Below are positions 1 to 14,614 of a stretch of 64,000 nt of DNA, one piece after another. Within the stretch, counting starts at the first letter, position 1. Each line of letters opens with the position of its first letter. The DNA is taken from the NCBI RefSeq assembly GCF_000143415.4, contig NW_003314328.1, positions 399,889 to 463,888 on the forward strand. The letters are read 5' to 3'. The stretch comes from Selaginella moellendorffii (Eukaryota; Plantae; Lycopodiophyta). The position numbers and the translations under genes are program-made. The notes beneath the pieces are model-generated. The model ran no database searches and was not told the origin of the DNA. It worked only from the letters and a program-made list of their open reading frames with translations.

Positions 1-1445
1 CTAGGGGTTGACCATTCCCAAAGACTGCCCAGACACCATTCCAATTAACCCCAGCCCCATCTGCTATGAAACCACGAAAGTTGGCAGGCTTACCAGTCCG
101 CTTCAATACAATGTCGGAGAGAGACTTCCAAAAGATTTCCTGAGCTATTTGGTCTTGTAACTCTGCTGTTGCAATTGCCAAGTTACAACGTAGCTTGTGA
201 AAATGACAATGCTTAAAACCATTTTAAGATAAAGAGAAAAAAAACTACCTCAAATCATACACATGAGCTCCCAGGTTGTTCAATTTGCCACTTGCTCCAT
301 ATGGTCAAAATGTACCCATGCATTAGCAAGGTCATTCGAACCAGACATATCCATTCGGGATACAAGATTCACACCAAAGATAGGGCCCATGGTAGATATT
401 TTGAAGACAAAGGGGCGCTCTTGCTCACTAACAACTTGATCTGGAAATAAACTCCCATGGATAAATTCGTAGGGACAAGTCCATTTTAGTTCAAGGATTG
501 AGTTGATTTTTTATTGGAGTTTCCCTTCTCGAGATTCACACAGACTTTATCCTAAATATAAAAAAAAATGTAAGAGAGATATTATTGAAAAGTATGTAAT
601 AATATTTTCGTACCTCCTAAGGCTAGTTGCAGGTTGCACGTGTTGTAGTAACTTCAGCAAGCTAGCCTCATCCAATTGAGTATTCTTGCAGTCCGGATCA
701 AGTAAAGTGCTTGCAATAAAATCCTTGAGCACTGTTTTTTGAATATACTTCAGAGTTGCAAATGAGTTTCTCACAATCTCTATCTGCATTGCATCTTTGA
801 AATGGTTGACTGAACTCCTTTGTATCCCTTCCTGCATTGGATGTGTGTGCGTGCCAATATGTATTATAGTTCTACCAACCTTTCCATTATGTGGAAGAAA
901 ATAATACATCTTGGCCCTACAGATGGCACGACACAATGGAGCATTCTTGCAAAATTGACACTTGAATTTAACACCAATGGTGTCACAGATGGGAGGATTG
1001 GTTGCAGATCCTTCAAAAAATGTGGAGTTTTTACCGCGCTCTCAATTGCATGCTTTATTCACACAATCCAAATACCCACCACAATGAACTATGGACACCG
1101 TGCCTTCAAAATGCTGGAAATATATAGTCTTGATCTTGCACTAGTTGTGGACGTCCTGCTTGGTCTCCATCCCCTTTCGTTTTGAGCTGACAAGAGGTGG
1201 TAATTCAAAGAAGATATTGCTATTGTATGTAGATGGGAGCTCACTAACGGGCTTATACAGAAAGGAACATATATCGATAGAGAGGCAGGAAAACTGGAAA
1301 GCATTGCAAAATTCATTAATTTCAAGTTCACCAAAGAATAACATTTTTCTGACTTAACATTTCCTTATAAAACTTATATGGTTGACTATGTTGACTAACA
1401 TTGACTTGAACTGAATTGAGCTCAACTCAAGTTTGGACCATCCCC
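1..1445 (-). mobile_element. Inverted 5' half of a degenerate copy of the Mutator-like element (left terminus joined by an internal deletion to the transposase 5' region)
   Basis: The reverse complement of ~1410-1445 (GGGGATGGTCCAAACTTGAGTTGAGCTCAATTCA) matches the left terminus at 13305. Bases 1 to ~1310 are an inverted homologue of ~20955-22280: ORFs 547..936 and 1141..1344 match the 452-aa ORF (CRAIC.AKMYYFLP, NIFFELPPLVSS, KRKGMETKQDVHN). Confidence 0.85.
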
Positions 1446-1449
1446 GTGT

Positions 1450-2270
1450 TGGGCAGAGTGCAGTGGCCACAATTTTCATGCTAATACTACACGCCATACT
1501 AGCAATCTACCCTATGCAGCATGGCATTGCAACTTATGTGCATATTGTCCTAGCTAGCATCATGCAGCACTAGGCATGGCAGCTACAGACAAGGTGTGCA
1601 AGCTTGGCCTGTGCAATGTAGTGTGGGGCATGGCCCAACCTACCTAATGTAGCATGGTGCTTAGCCAAGCCCCACTGTTCTCACCAACATGCAATCCTTG
1701 CTAGTGCAGTGTAGTGCATTTGAATTTAGAGTTGAACTTCAAGCCCGTTGCACTATAAAACAAGGGTTTGGTACAATCCCACGAGCACCAACTCCCCGTA
1801 TCTAGCACTAGCTCCCCGTATCCAGCACTTGCACATAAAATGGTGTCAAACGATGTCTGGCACAATTTTGGCATACCGGTGGCCAAATAGTATTTGAGAC
1901 CAAAATGAGACTAACACAAAGGGCATGATAGCGAGGGTGTTTGGCAGACACAGTAAATTGTCATATAACGAATATTGAGGGATTAATCTCAATATCATAG
2001 GGGTTCCCAACACTAGCAAGTGCAAGCCAACAACATGAGTTTCTCGTCATTGTGTCAAGTATGCTTGACTTAATGACAACTTAGGATTTTCTTCCTTGGT
2101 GCCTTTCTGGTCTAAATGCACATGTGCTGACTAATTTCTCAACTAGCTTAGGTGGAGACCATAAAGGGAACAAACAATACTGACCTCTTGCTGTCGTGGT
2201 AGTAAGAAGAGAGTATCCATAAGGACTAGCTGACAAATATCTTTCGATACCCGAAGTCATATTCACAACA
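1450..2270 (-). mobile_element. Diverged solo/partial LTR related to the LTRs at 11880 and 26183
   Basis: The reverse complement of 2240-2270 (TGTTGTGAATATGACTTCGGGTATCGAAAG) matches the LTR start TGTCGCGAATGTGACTTCGGGTATCGAAAG. 1860-2030 matches ~12125-12260 and ~12645-12700 in inverted orientation. The left boundary is approximate. Confidence 0.7.
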
Positions 2271-2354
2271 TGCAGCCCACATTGCACAGCAGTAGTGTGT
2301 AGCCCAATTTGCACAGCAAGCGTGGAAGTGATGGTGTGGCGGCATGTTGAGCAA

Positions 2355-5017
2355 TGTCCATTGGGTTTAGAGCCTAAACTAGCACTGCCACCTTATCAAG
2401 CTAGATTTCTAATTAGCATTTAAGGAGTTGTGAAAACAATGGCAAATTGCACCTTGTAAAAAAGAGCACAAGGCAAAGGCAAATGAAATTCGAATATAGT
2501 GCTACAAAGATGGCCATATAAACACAAGTTGCCTACCTCAATTTGAGTCGTGGTTGGGGTGGTGAGAATATAAGATGTTCCAATGGAAATATCACTCTTT
2601 TTATGTTGGTTTATCTTTTTTCTTCTTTTTTTCTTGCCTAGTAATATCATCTTTTCCATTAGAACCAACCATTTGAGGATCTCACATACACCCCAACTAA
2701 GAATCTTTCTAAAAGTAAGCGTTTGAGTTGGCATTCCTCTCAGGTAGGGAAAAGGAAGATGATTTTATACGAAGCATATTTATCAAATTTGATATGCACT
2801 ATAAAGTAGTCTTCAAAAGCCTTGGCATTTGAGAAAGGATAATATATAGGAATAAAACCTTTGATTAAGATGTTACACAATTAAATGAAGAAGAAAATGA
2901 CTCCACCAATATGAACATTGGCAACCACAATGGAGGAAGTGGTCTGCGGCACATCTATGGAATACACTCCTTAAGCTTCAATTAGTGACATGAAGACTGT
3001 CTACTCAAAGCATCACTTTTCCTTTACTAATGAAGAAGTTGGAATGGACCTTGGAGCAAAAAGCTCTCTCTTACAAGCTTGATATTAAATACTATTCTAT
3101 TCTAAGACACTGCCCCTAAATCAAGCCACTTTAAATGGTTAATGAAGAGAGTGTATCACAATAAGTTGAAATTACTTACTATAGTGTGGAGCTGAAGCAA
3201 TAAAAAATCTGTTGAATGCTAGTAAAACCCAATGTAAAGTGTGTAGGGATGTTTTCAAAGGGCAAGTGTTGAGCATAAATCCATGGTGATATGTACTTCT
3301 ATTCCAACCCTATGTTTCCATAGGGAACAAAAGCAATCAAGGATTTTCAAGATGGTGCTAGCTATATTGCTGCAACATTGATGCCAACCACATGAAACGG
3401 CTTAAAGACACTATAGTGATTAAGCTTGATGTAGTACCTAAAAAATGGCTAGTTGTTAATAAGGTCACGCTCACCTCAAATAAGATTGAAAATGTAAAAA
3501 TATCTAGTTTCACTCTTGAGAGAAGAGTTAGAGACATGAGTGACAAAACTAAGATTGTTCTCACAAAGATGTATAGAAGGCTAGTAAGAAAAGATAAAGT
3601 AGTTAAATTTATTAATACCTTCTCTAAGTAGAAGTAGGGTAAAATAAACTTGGCTCAAACACTTGAGTGTGAGATTCTTTCCACGAAGTACATCACTGTG
3701 TTTGCAAAGGAGGATAGAGTCAAAATAGAAGGTAGAGTATATAATCATCATTCAAGACCTTCCTTTTTGCACATATTCAATCTTTATGAAGCACGAGGAA
3801 TATAGGACAGCATATGCTCCTTACAAGCATATGTACTATATCTTTATCAACATCTTGCATGAGAATCCTAAATTGGATATTCATATACACTAAACAAGCC
3901 TTATTATTGCTAAGTTGCAGAAAACTTTTGGAGCTAACTAGATTTTACAAGACTATTGATGTTTACTCTTTATCAATAATATAAATTTATTATACTTTAT
4001 ATAATTAATAATAAAATAGTTTTTCATTTCACTTTTCATTTCATATAGTTGTAAGTGTTCTTTTTGCAATACTACCCATAGTACTCGTATGTCTTAATTT
4101 TTGTCTTTACCATCTCCAAAAATTCTTTAATGGTAGTCTTTCAAGTACATGATGTTGTAGTGTGTTATGAGAGCATATATATCATCATACTAATCATCAC
4201 TATTTTTTCTATAAAAGCCAGAAAACATATAAAACATTTTTTGAAAGTCATGGAATTGCAGTTTTCTAAAATAAGTAGGAGAGCATTCTTTTTCATCCAA
4301 TTTATTACACCCTTTATCATTACATATATCTTCAACTTATGATTACTATTTTCGTTATCCTCTCTTTCTTTCTCTTGTATGATTTGGTTGTGTTATGCAA
4401 TGGGATGACTATTGCAAGTTCTAACCCTTAAATAACAACTCTGAGAAGAAAGATTGCAAAAGTTACAATTATCAACAATACAACCCACAGATGTTTGTAT
4501 ATATTTTGCTCTCTTCAAATAAGAGTGCAAATAAATATCCATAAATTCTAAACACTATACTATGACAAAGCTCTTAAGAATGAATTCTAGAAAAGAATAA
4601 AGTTTCTCTTTTATATGCAATAAGCTTACATCAATGGTTTTTTTTTTTCAAATAGCTATATAGCCTTATATAGAATCTTATTTTAAATTTTATAATTTTT
4701 AAATTCTGATAAACCTGACGTTTATCAGCCATAAAGCATAGAGTATAGATTTAAGGAAATGACAAGAATACTTTTTCTGCAAATACCTTATTTTAAGTTC
4801 TAACAAACATCTCTATTATGGCATATAATTAATATTTAACTTGTTAAAACAAGAATTGTCATTTAGAACATTTTTATCTATATAATGTGTAGAGAGTTGT
4901 GAAATTATTAGGTTCACCATAACCTTAATAATTTAAAGTTTATAGTGTTTATATTAAATTACAATTGACAATTGAGCTCAACTCTTCAGCTTGTGAGCTC
5001 AAGAGTGGTCCACACTC
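2355..5017 (+). mobile_element. 3' half of a degenerate Mutator-like copy (transposase 3' part, SWIM region, decayed right-end ZnF gene, right terminus)
   Basis: Colinear with ~22300-24953. ORF 3392..3631 matches KRLEDTIVTKPDAVPKEW, and the region ends with ATTGAGCTCAACTC...GAGCTCAAGAGTGGTCCACACTC like the terminus at 24916-24953. It has many stops and frameshifts. Confidence 0.9.
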
Positions 5018-6110
5018 CTTTGTTATAAGGGATTTTTTAGCTAGTTCATGACATTCAAAAGAAAAGTTTTCCAAAGAACAAATAAATACATACACCTTTA
5101 TAAATTTAAAATAGCTCAATTCAGGCACTAAATCTAATAGACATTCCTATGCTCTTCTAGGGCCACTTGGGATTGAATAGACCATAATCAAGCTAAACAA
5201 TCTTTATAAGCTAATAATGCAGATAAATCAAGAGATGGCTTTTTACATTTTAGCCTAATCTAGATGCTATAAGTTGTGGACAAGTGACAAGCTCAGAGTC
5301 ATGGCCAATCTCGCTCAACTAAAAAATTCATAAATTTTGCAAAAGATTAAGATATGCTCAATTCATGTTTATGATGATTATTGATGTATTAATTAGAACT
5401 CCCAAAGATAATGATGGTAGCAGAGAAAGTTTGTGCTTGATTGATCAATATTCTAGCCATAATGCACAGCTAAAATGCTAGTTTTTTTCATGAAAGAAGT
5501 TAAATTTGTAGTTACTTCCAAAATATCATTTCCCACTAGTATTATGAAAATATTCTATTTATAGAAAAGTCTATCTTGGTGACCATGCTTGCAAAAGAGA
5601 AAAAGATATGAAGTTTTAACCTAAATGACTACTCATTAATAACTTGGTTGGAATATAGGGATCCTATAGATCTTCTACTTTAAGCATGATAACAGCAACA
5701 TCTTACAGTAAAAAAAAAAAGTTCAAGAAACAAATTATATTATATTACTTCACAGAAAATATGGCTTTTCTTATATTTAGATTTAAGTTTTTAAAAATAA
5801 TTCTAGTCAAAATCTTTATTTTTAAAATATCAGAAGTTTGTTCTTGTCTAATTGCTCTCTGGAATCTACACACAGATTTCTCAACTACATATACCTACTA
5901 ATAAGGAAGCTAAAGCCATTTTATATATAATTAATGTTGGCACCATGATAGAGCTTGGAGTTTTATGACTCCCCACGAGCAATCAAATAAAGATTTTTGA
6001 ATTTGAAGCACAGTGAATCATTTTAAGAGGAAGGAGGCATTACCACCAACTTGAGCACTATGACAGCTTGAAGACTCTAATGTTTTTACTTAAGTAACCA
6101 TATCATAGAA

Positions 6111-6704
6111 AGATAAATTTTGTGGAAATTTTATCAAATAGCTAAATTCTATCTAGCTTAGTAATGGCTTAGATATTGGGCCATACAAGTATTCTCCCAC
6201 CACTATATAGCTAACTATTTGGAAAATATTATTATTCCCAATGAGTTTGAAAATATTTATTATTTTTATTCTTCTTTTGATGTGTAGTGCACATAAATTT
6301 AGAGCTGAATTCCAAGCCCATTGCATGACAAAATAAAAGATCAATACACTCAAACCCTTACAAGCACTAGCTCTTTGTATTCAGCCCCTTCTCTATGTAT
6401 TCAACTAGATAGAGCATGACATAATTTCAGCATATTTATAGTCTAACACAAGGAATTGAGTACCTCATCGACTAGCATAGACCCAAGCTAGATATAGAAC
6501 AAAAAACAACAAAGTCCAATAGGAGCCAAATTAATGTCTCAAATGGCTGGCTATGCTTCTAACCATTATCTTTCACAACCCCTTAGCCTAAGTAATTATA
6601 TCACAGGTAGATAATTTTTATGAAAATTTTATCAAATAGCTAATTTTCATCTAGCTTAGTAATGGCTTAGATATTGGACCGTACAAGTATTCTCCCACCA
6701 CTAT
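6111..6704 (+). repeat. ~95-bp direct repeat pair (6111-6205 and 6609-6704) in AT-rich transposon debris
   Basis: Both copies read AGATAA.TTTT.TG.AAATTTTATCAAATAGCTAA...ATCTAGCTTAGTAATGGCTTAGATATTGG...TACAAGTATTCTCCCACCACTAT. Confidence 0.8.
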
Positions 6705-9700
6705 GGGTTATGTGTTTATTGCACTATTCTAATTTTGTGCATGCCTTTGAGTTGACTTCCTAAGTACTAGTTTACTTAAAATTGTCTTTAAAACATTGAG
6801 GGAACTCCACTTTTTAGCTTGTTAAAGCATCTTCTTTCACAAACTTCCTAATCACCATCTAATCTAATATGGATACTTCCATGCTTTAAGTTCTCCATAG
6901 TATCATATTTTCAAATAACAAACTCTCGAGTTTATATTTGATTCCCCTGCATAACCATCCTCAAATATGTCCCTCAATCCTTGTTGTTAAAGTCTATCTC
7001 TTTATTACTTATTTTTGTCTTTATACATTCTTTTTGCTTATTCTTCTTCATAGTAGGAGATGAATTTTACACTTACTACTTGTGCTTTAGCAAATATTCT
7101 TAGAGATAATTCTATTCAATGATTTAGGGATTGGTCCTTCATTTTGGATATACTTAACTTATAATTCACACACCATGATTAACATTATTACTTATAAACC
7201 CCTATATGCCTATTGCTAATATTGCCACACACACAGATTATAATGCCGTTCTTTTATTAGCCTTCTTTTCTATCCATCACAATTCCTACAAGTTTATATA
7301 TGAACTAAAGTGGAGAGCTACACTTTTCTAACATCCTACTCTTTGAGTTTAGCCTATCTTCAGATGTCAATATCAAGTGGTGATATATACTTGACTGCCA
7401 ATAAAAATTGGACTAAAGAATAACTCCAATATCAAATTGTAAACAAATAAATTTTTCATATTATTTTAATCACTTAATCACACCTTTGACCACTTGGAAA
7501 TGTCTCACTCACAACCTCCACAAGTCCTCATCCCAATTTGAGATACTTATAAGAGCCTGAAGATGGCATCTAAACCACATTACCTTCACACTTAGTTCAA
7601 GTGCTCCACCTATTTTAAATACCTAAAAGTACCATCAAACACTATCCCTTAATATCCCTTCTTTAATTTCTATCAAGTCCTTCTCTGATCATGACAATAC
7701 TTACTAACACTACCACTAGATTAGTGCCCAAAAGCCCATCCACTCAGTCCCACTATATTCAAGATTTCCTCACCATATACCCATACCTTTGGCTATTAAG
7801 TAAGAGGATCACTCTTTCTTCTTTTTGTAATCAAGTACTTTGGGATGACATTTCAAAACACTACAACTTAATGTGAGTCTTATGGATACTCCCATTGCCT
7901 TCACCACAAAGATGCCCAACCACATAACTAGAGTGAAGTTCCAATAAACCAAGGTATCTAAGTAGGTAGTACCACTCACACTTGAATTGGGAGCACTAAT
8001 CATTTGATCTCCTAAAGAAACTAGAATTAATTCTTCAACACTTTACCAAGTTACCCATTTATTTATTTTTGTTCACTCTAGCTTTGGACTTTTTAATATT
8101 TATATCATCATCCACCACATAAGTATAACTTTCTTTAGTCTTCCCTCTATTCTTCTATAGAGACTTACCAAACCTCCAAGAATTTGGGAAATGACTACTT
8201 TAGGCTTTCATTGCACCCCTAGATATGTTTAGCTTTGGATATATCAAGCTTCAGATATGTTTAGTTTGGACACTTGGTTTTTCAGTAGGGCGAGATGGGC
8301 TTTAACATTGTTCCACTTTGAATTCTTAGATCCTAGGACTTCAATCTCGACACTTCCATGTGTCATAATAACTGCTACATATTAGACATTTTTTTATCCC
8401 TTCTTAAAGACTCTTATCAATTTGCTTCGTGTTCAATCTTTGATCACTTTGTCTTCTTCTTTGGGAGTTCCATTCCACTCTTGACTTTTCAAATTTGAAA
8501 TTTTGTTGATAGTCTGTTAAACCTCTCACTTTTCACAACTTTGCCTTTAAAAGTAAACTATAAACTGAATTAGTAAAACCTATATAGGTTTTTTTTATTA
8601 TGGTAATAAAAATGATATTGATTTCAATATGTGTTTACTTATATGTTTCTTATATATGCTTTTAATGTATTTTTTTTAGATAAGTCCCAACTTTTTATCT
8701 ATATTGTTATAATACTATTGAAAGAAAATAATTCAATATAAAAATAAAGTACATATATATCCTCTTTTGTTCATCTCTCACTCTTCATCACCAATCCACC
8801 TTTGCTAGGAGAATTCAATCCAAAACCTTGTAAAAGGTGTAAGTTAGCTACTTAGAATTTAAGCAGTTAGAGCAACAAAGAAGTGACCAATAAGAAGAAA
8901 AAAGAAGGTTCTATCTAATACATATCTCACTTTGCTTGCCCAACAACTACTCACCATTGCCACAGCCATCCAAAGCCACAGCCATGCAAGCCCTGTTTTG
9001 GTTTGCTCTAGTAGCTCGGTAGCACCAGCAGCAACAATCTGAAATCAAAAGAAAGGCACCAGAGTTAAAACTTTGGCCATGAAATCAAATAATGAAGCAA
9101 CTAACAAACAATGAAACAAAAGAAATCGGTTGAATGATGAGCTAAAAACTAGATAAAGAATAACTTAACTTACTTCCTCCTTGCCCAAGCCCAAGACAAT
9201 ACACAGCTATGGCTAAGCCATGGCTGTGGCAGGCTGTAGCCACACAGACCACATCCATGGCCATTGCCACGGCTGCATAGGGCTATGCTAGCATGTTATG
9301 GCCACAGCTGTGCTAGGGATTGCAAGAAGCAAGAAGATAACCTGCTATGATCCTGCTTAGTATGGCTACACTGACTAAGGCTACTATAACAGAATGACAA
9401 CTAAAGATAGAAAGATATTTCTCACTTTGTGATATATTTTAATAGCTACATATTATTTTGGAATTATGAAATCAAAACTTGAAATAAAAGTATTGTTGAT
9501 TCATAAATGATATGAATTCATCAAGAATTAGACAATTTTCTTGTTAATATTTTTAGGGTTTTTAGGGTTTAGTCCTGCCATGGTGGCTGGCACATGTAAG
9601 GCATTCAAGAGGTTGTATGATGAAAAGAATGGTATTCTTAGAGCTCTAAAAATGAAAAGTGTTATAAAATATTATACACATTCTAAATGCACTTTGTGAG

Positions 9701-11729
9701 CTAATAAATTAAATTCTATTTTTTAGCAAGGGAAGATAGAGCTTTAAACTATTGGTAATTATTTAGCTCTCATCAAGGAAAAAAATTAAAACTAAATATC
9801 TTGGAGGAACATTTGGTTAAAACTCTCCAATATTATCAGGTTTTCTAGATTTTGCATTAAAATCTTAATTTATAACTCCATTTCAACAAAAACTATAAAA
9901 TTCTCTAATTCCTTAGAGTTGAATCTAAATCTAATCTATGTTGAGATGAAAACACTTTTACACCTTAGCACCATATTGATAAAAATAATTATAAGATAAA
10001 ATAATTTCTAATATTATATTTAAAATCTCTAATCAATATATCTAAAAACAAATCTTATTATATGATTCTACAATATGTAATGAAGATAATGTACCAAGGG
10101 TTCAGAACATTTTTTTTAATATTATACATAAAGCAAGGCAATTTAATTTGCCACACAAGTATGAATAACTTTCATCATTTGAAATATGTTTTTTCCTCCC
10201 AACAATATTTTCTTTTCCTCATCTCAGCCAACTTTAATATCAAAATGCACTAGCTTATGTTACTCTTGCCTTAACTTAAACTCATGCAGTTTTTTAATTT
10301 TCACATAATCAACAAAATGAACATATTTATTCAAAGCACTTAATTGCATACTTGTGTGACAAAGAAATATATGCAACTATGTGAGGCTTGCGTGCAGAGG
10401 CCTATTTCTGCTCCACCACCTACAAGGATTGTCTTTTGAAACATCATTGCACTATAAAAAATGATATCAGCCTTTGATATAGAATTTAATAAATAACTTG
10501 AAAAATATTAACAAAAATAAATAGAATATATTTAAATTATAGGTGATTTACTTTTGAACGCTTTAGAAATTTCATTTTTCTCATTGGAAGCATAGACTAT
10601 ACACTATTTAACATAATAGAATGGAATAGAGATAGAACAAACTATAATATTTTCTTTCTCTTTATCCATTTATTTGTGACCATATTGTTGTTGACTTGCT
10701 CTAAAATAAAAATGTATATTTTATTTAAGAGAATATGCTAATTATTTCTTTTAAATTAACAGTCAGTCTATTAAAATTTTGATTTTACCAGTTTTGACTA
10801 GTAAATATAATAAAAATTGGCAAAATTAGTTTGTTATATATACTGCTGCTAAACTTCTCTAACTCTTTATAAATATAATTAAATTTCTGAGCTTTATTCC
10901 CCTTTTATCTTATTTCAATTACATATAATACCCCTTTAATTCTTTTGTAAGTGATTGCATATGATCAGCAAAATGTCATTTGATAAAAATTTAGTATCAA
11001 CCACTTTACAAATTTGTAAATTATCTTGTTTTGCAATAGAAATATATACATACTTTCCAGGAATTATTATGAGAAATACTTAAATGCCCTTTTAGCCCTT
11101 AATGTCTATACATCCCCCTGAGAACACATGACGCGAGCGCCGTAGATGGGTTATTCTTGTAAGGAAAGCCTTGACAAAGTTGGGATAGAAACATTTGATG
11201 GTCATAATGACCCACTTAGGATGCCCATATAAAGTTAAACATCAAAGGAAAATGCACCTTCTAATGCGTAATATTTTCAGTAAATAAGCATCTATATAGA
11301 TTTTCATTAAAATAGTTAGAAGCTATTTTAGAAACTTATAACCTTCGCTTGAATATATTGTTACTATAGGATTGGACTAAAGTATGATCTATGTCTCTAA
11401 TAAACTTATACTTTTGAAGAGTGTTGATTTTTCATTCTTCCACTTGCTCACTTGAGTAGCATAAGATTGCAATTTGTAAGATCAAGATTTAATTCATAAA
11501 ATAAAAACAAAGAAAATAGGAGTTTCTATTTGGAATCCATTCTCTAAAATCTTAATCATTAACTTTAATCCCTAAAATTTCTGATGTTGAAGATCACTAA
11601 TGGCCATAGAATTTATTAAAATTTTGTGTTATATATTATTTTAAGTCAAAAGAATAAAATACTTTTATTATAAATGAAATGATTTCAAATTTAGTAAATA
11701 ATTCTTATTAAAATTATATATAAAAAAGT

Positions 11730-11869
11730 TGTGAGTGTATGGAATATGGAAATGAATATGCATATTAATTATCACAAAAACCCTAATTTATATACAGGAG
11801 CAGGAGGTCCGAATTGAAACCAATCCAACGGTTATTAAAATCTTATTATGCTAATATTAGTATACAACA
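11730..11869 (+). repeat. ~140-bp LTR-like unit, inverted relative to a copy at ~31652-31800
   Basis: TGTGAGTGTATGGAATATGGAAATGAA...GGTCC...TTGAAACCAAT...CTAATATTAGTATACAACA matches the reverse complement of 31652-31800. It has TG...CA ends. Confidence 0.65.
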
Positions 11870-14384
11870 TCATAGACACTGTCGCGAATGTGACTTCGGG
11901 TATCGAAAGTTACCTGTCGACCAGTCCTTATGGACACTCTTTCGTTACTGCCATGACGGTAAGAGGTCAATACTGCTGATTCCCATCATTGGCCCCTCTT
12001 GTCCAAGTGTTAGTAAACTGGGCTTAATATCTGTACTTAGCCAAATGGACATAAGGTAGGAACTCCTATATGTTTCTAACTGAGCATTCTCGGCCTAGCT
12101 TTTAGTTCTCTTTTGCTCTGTCTTGCACTTACTAGTATCAAAAACCTCCGTGATATTGAGTTTGGTCCTTCAATATCGCTAAATGATAGCTTATCGTGTC
12201 TGCCAAACACCTTCGCTATCATGCCCTTTGTGTTAGTCTTAATTTGGTCCCAAATGCTAATTATGGAAAGTGTCTAGATTTGCTCATTTGGCATATCTAC
12301 GGAATGTAGAGATTGGCCTAAACACAATGGTGTTTGTCCCGTATCCAAATTCACAATCTAGCGCCATTCTATATTTAGTAAGTTTCGAGTTTGTCCCAGA
12401 AACTAACTCCTGATACTAAGGGAGGCTTGGGTTGAAAGCCCAAAGCGTGTGTTCCTCAAGGGGGGGGGCTGTGAGGGGTTCCAAATGTGTAGTAGGGATA
12501 GTGGGTAAGTCGGGCATAACCGACCAACTTGAAGCATAGTATAGCTCCCGCTTGCGTGCTTGTCTTTGTTCTGCATCCGGCTTGGGTTTAAGCTCAAGCT
12601 CCACACCATGCTAGCTGGTGGGGTACCCATGTCCTTGCGTTAGACCACCGGTATGCCGAAATAGCACCAAACTTCATTTGGCTCCGTTTTGTGTGCTGGT
12701 CCTAGCATTGGGATGTTGGTTACTCTAGAATTGTTCCAAGTCACTCCGGGCTCCTGTCCCTTCACTCCTAGGGCTATATGCTTGGGAGTCGTTCCGTGCT
12801 CCAATGCTAATGCTCCTTAGCACCATGCTTGGGAGTTTGACACCGTTCCTTTGTTCAGTGGCCCAAGGCCCTGAACCTCAGATTCCACACCACTGTCCTA
12901 TGGACACATGGCATGTGACATATGGCATGTGTCACGTGGCATAAAGAGGGTTTAGGTTCCGCTTCGTGGTGTTATCCTATGGTAAATCACCATAGGATAA
13001 AGGGTCAAAACCACGTGTGCTACATTTGGTATCAAAGGATGAGTCTTAGCGAGTACTATTCAATGAGATTGGGCAACTAGTCTCGTTGCATACGTAGAGA
13101 TGAAAACAATGATCCGAGTGGGTACATATTTGGGTGTAAAGGCTTCGCAATCGTTCCTTGGGTGTGGATTTGGTTACCTTTTTGTACTGTAATAATGTGA
13201 GCTTGCTCTTGGGCTCATAAGAGGGATTGAGTTGTTCCATTTGCACGAGTTTGCGCTTGGGCTCGTGAGTGAGGCACATTAGCAACTCAAGGTTACACTT
13301 TGAGGGGGATGGTCCAAAGTTGAGTTGAGCTCATGAGTTGAGCTCAATTCAACACAAGTCAACTCAAGTCAACATAGTCAATAAGAAATATTACAAAGGA
13401 GATCTAAATTGAACAAATGAAGGTTCTAGCAAACTTTAAAATATTAAAATACATAAATATCTAAGTTAAAAGTTTCTATAAGATTGAATTGTTTAAAAAA
13501 GACAAAGTTCATGAGAACCTATCTTTTATAAAACTATATTATTTTATTATGACAACTGTTACAGCTGTCATATTTGATTTGACTACTTAATATTTTGAAT
13601 ACTTTTACAGCTGTAGATACTATTCCTTCATTCAAAAGATTTTTTAGGGTTCTTGAGAAGATGGGAAGCAAGGAAAATACAAGATCTGTGAGTAAGAGTT
13701 GTAGTGCAAAGGAATGTAAGAATGTTAATTTTGTTTCACTACCACAATCCCCATATTACACTCCTGGTCCTTATTACCCATCTGGGAATGTAGAGACCAC
13801 TATCACGATTGATAAAAATGCTCTTTTTACTATTGAAACAACAGTCCAGAGCAAGAGAAATGAAGAAATGAACAGCACAGCGGAAAGCACCAAGAAATCT
13901 ACTCCATAAAACTTTCCATGACGTTTGTAATTTACATATTAATTCATATTAAAAACTTTATTGCTTGCCTATATCGCAATCCTCTCATATGATAAGACCA
14001 AGGTATATTTTGCAATGAATCCTCATTAAAAGTTTTTGGGAATTGTTTGTAAATAATGATAAAAGAAATCAAAATCTTTCGAAAGACTCAAAAGTAATAT
14101 CACATCAAAGAATCAACTTTATCTACATTTCCAAAACTAAAAGGCAATCTCACATGAGAGAATGGTAGCGTGCCAACGTGCTCTACCACTATAATGTGGT
14201 CTATATTTCCTTGCAATTTATTTCCGTAGACATTTGGCATGTGTAGAAAAAAATATATGTGTAGCAAAGTAGGATTCATCATAATGATAGAGCATGTGTA
14301 TATACGATAATCTAAAATTCTAGAAGCTCTTATGTTTACAAGAAAGCTATGATTATGAAGCCCCATTTCCAAGACTGACATTTA

Positions 14385-14522
14385 AAGAATCTGAGTATTG
14401 TCAGTGTCATAATAAATAAACCTCATTCCCAAGAATCTGAGTATTGTCAGTGTCATAATAAATAAACCTCATTCCCAAAAATCTGAGTATTGTCAGTGTC
14501 ATAATAAATAAACCTCATTCCT
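14385..14522 (+). repeat. Three tandem 46-bp repeats upstream of the left ZnF gene
   Basis: The unit AAGAATCTGAGTATTGTCAGTGTCATAATAAATAAACCTCATTCCC starts at 14385, 14431 and 14477. Confidence 0.95.
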
Positions 14523-14614
14523 AAGACTAAAACTTAGTATATAAACTATCTAGAAAAGTTATAGTCATTGTAGGTTTTTTGTTCTCCTTGAGCTCCTTAG
14601 AAGTTTATATTGAA

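Noticed and set aside
5020-11720. Possible hAT or retroelement coding remnants in the AT-rich stretch
   Set aside because: Too decayed to read diagnostic motifs by eye. It is probably TE debris, but no family can be supported.
11814-12630. Duplicated small ORFs (11814/26111, 12403/26696, 12416/26709) as genes
   Set aside because: They lie in or overlap the two LTRs. Their similarity only reflects LTR duplication, and they have no recognisable motifs.
13595-13909. 104-aa ORF near the left terminus as a fifth cargo gene
   Set aside because: It has no motif, no clear start and no second copy in the window to support it. It cannot be excluded but is unsupported.
14385-14522. Possible CRISPR-like array
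   Set aside because: The units are head-to-tail with no unique spacers, the context is eukaryotic, and there are no cas genes.
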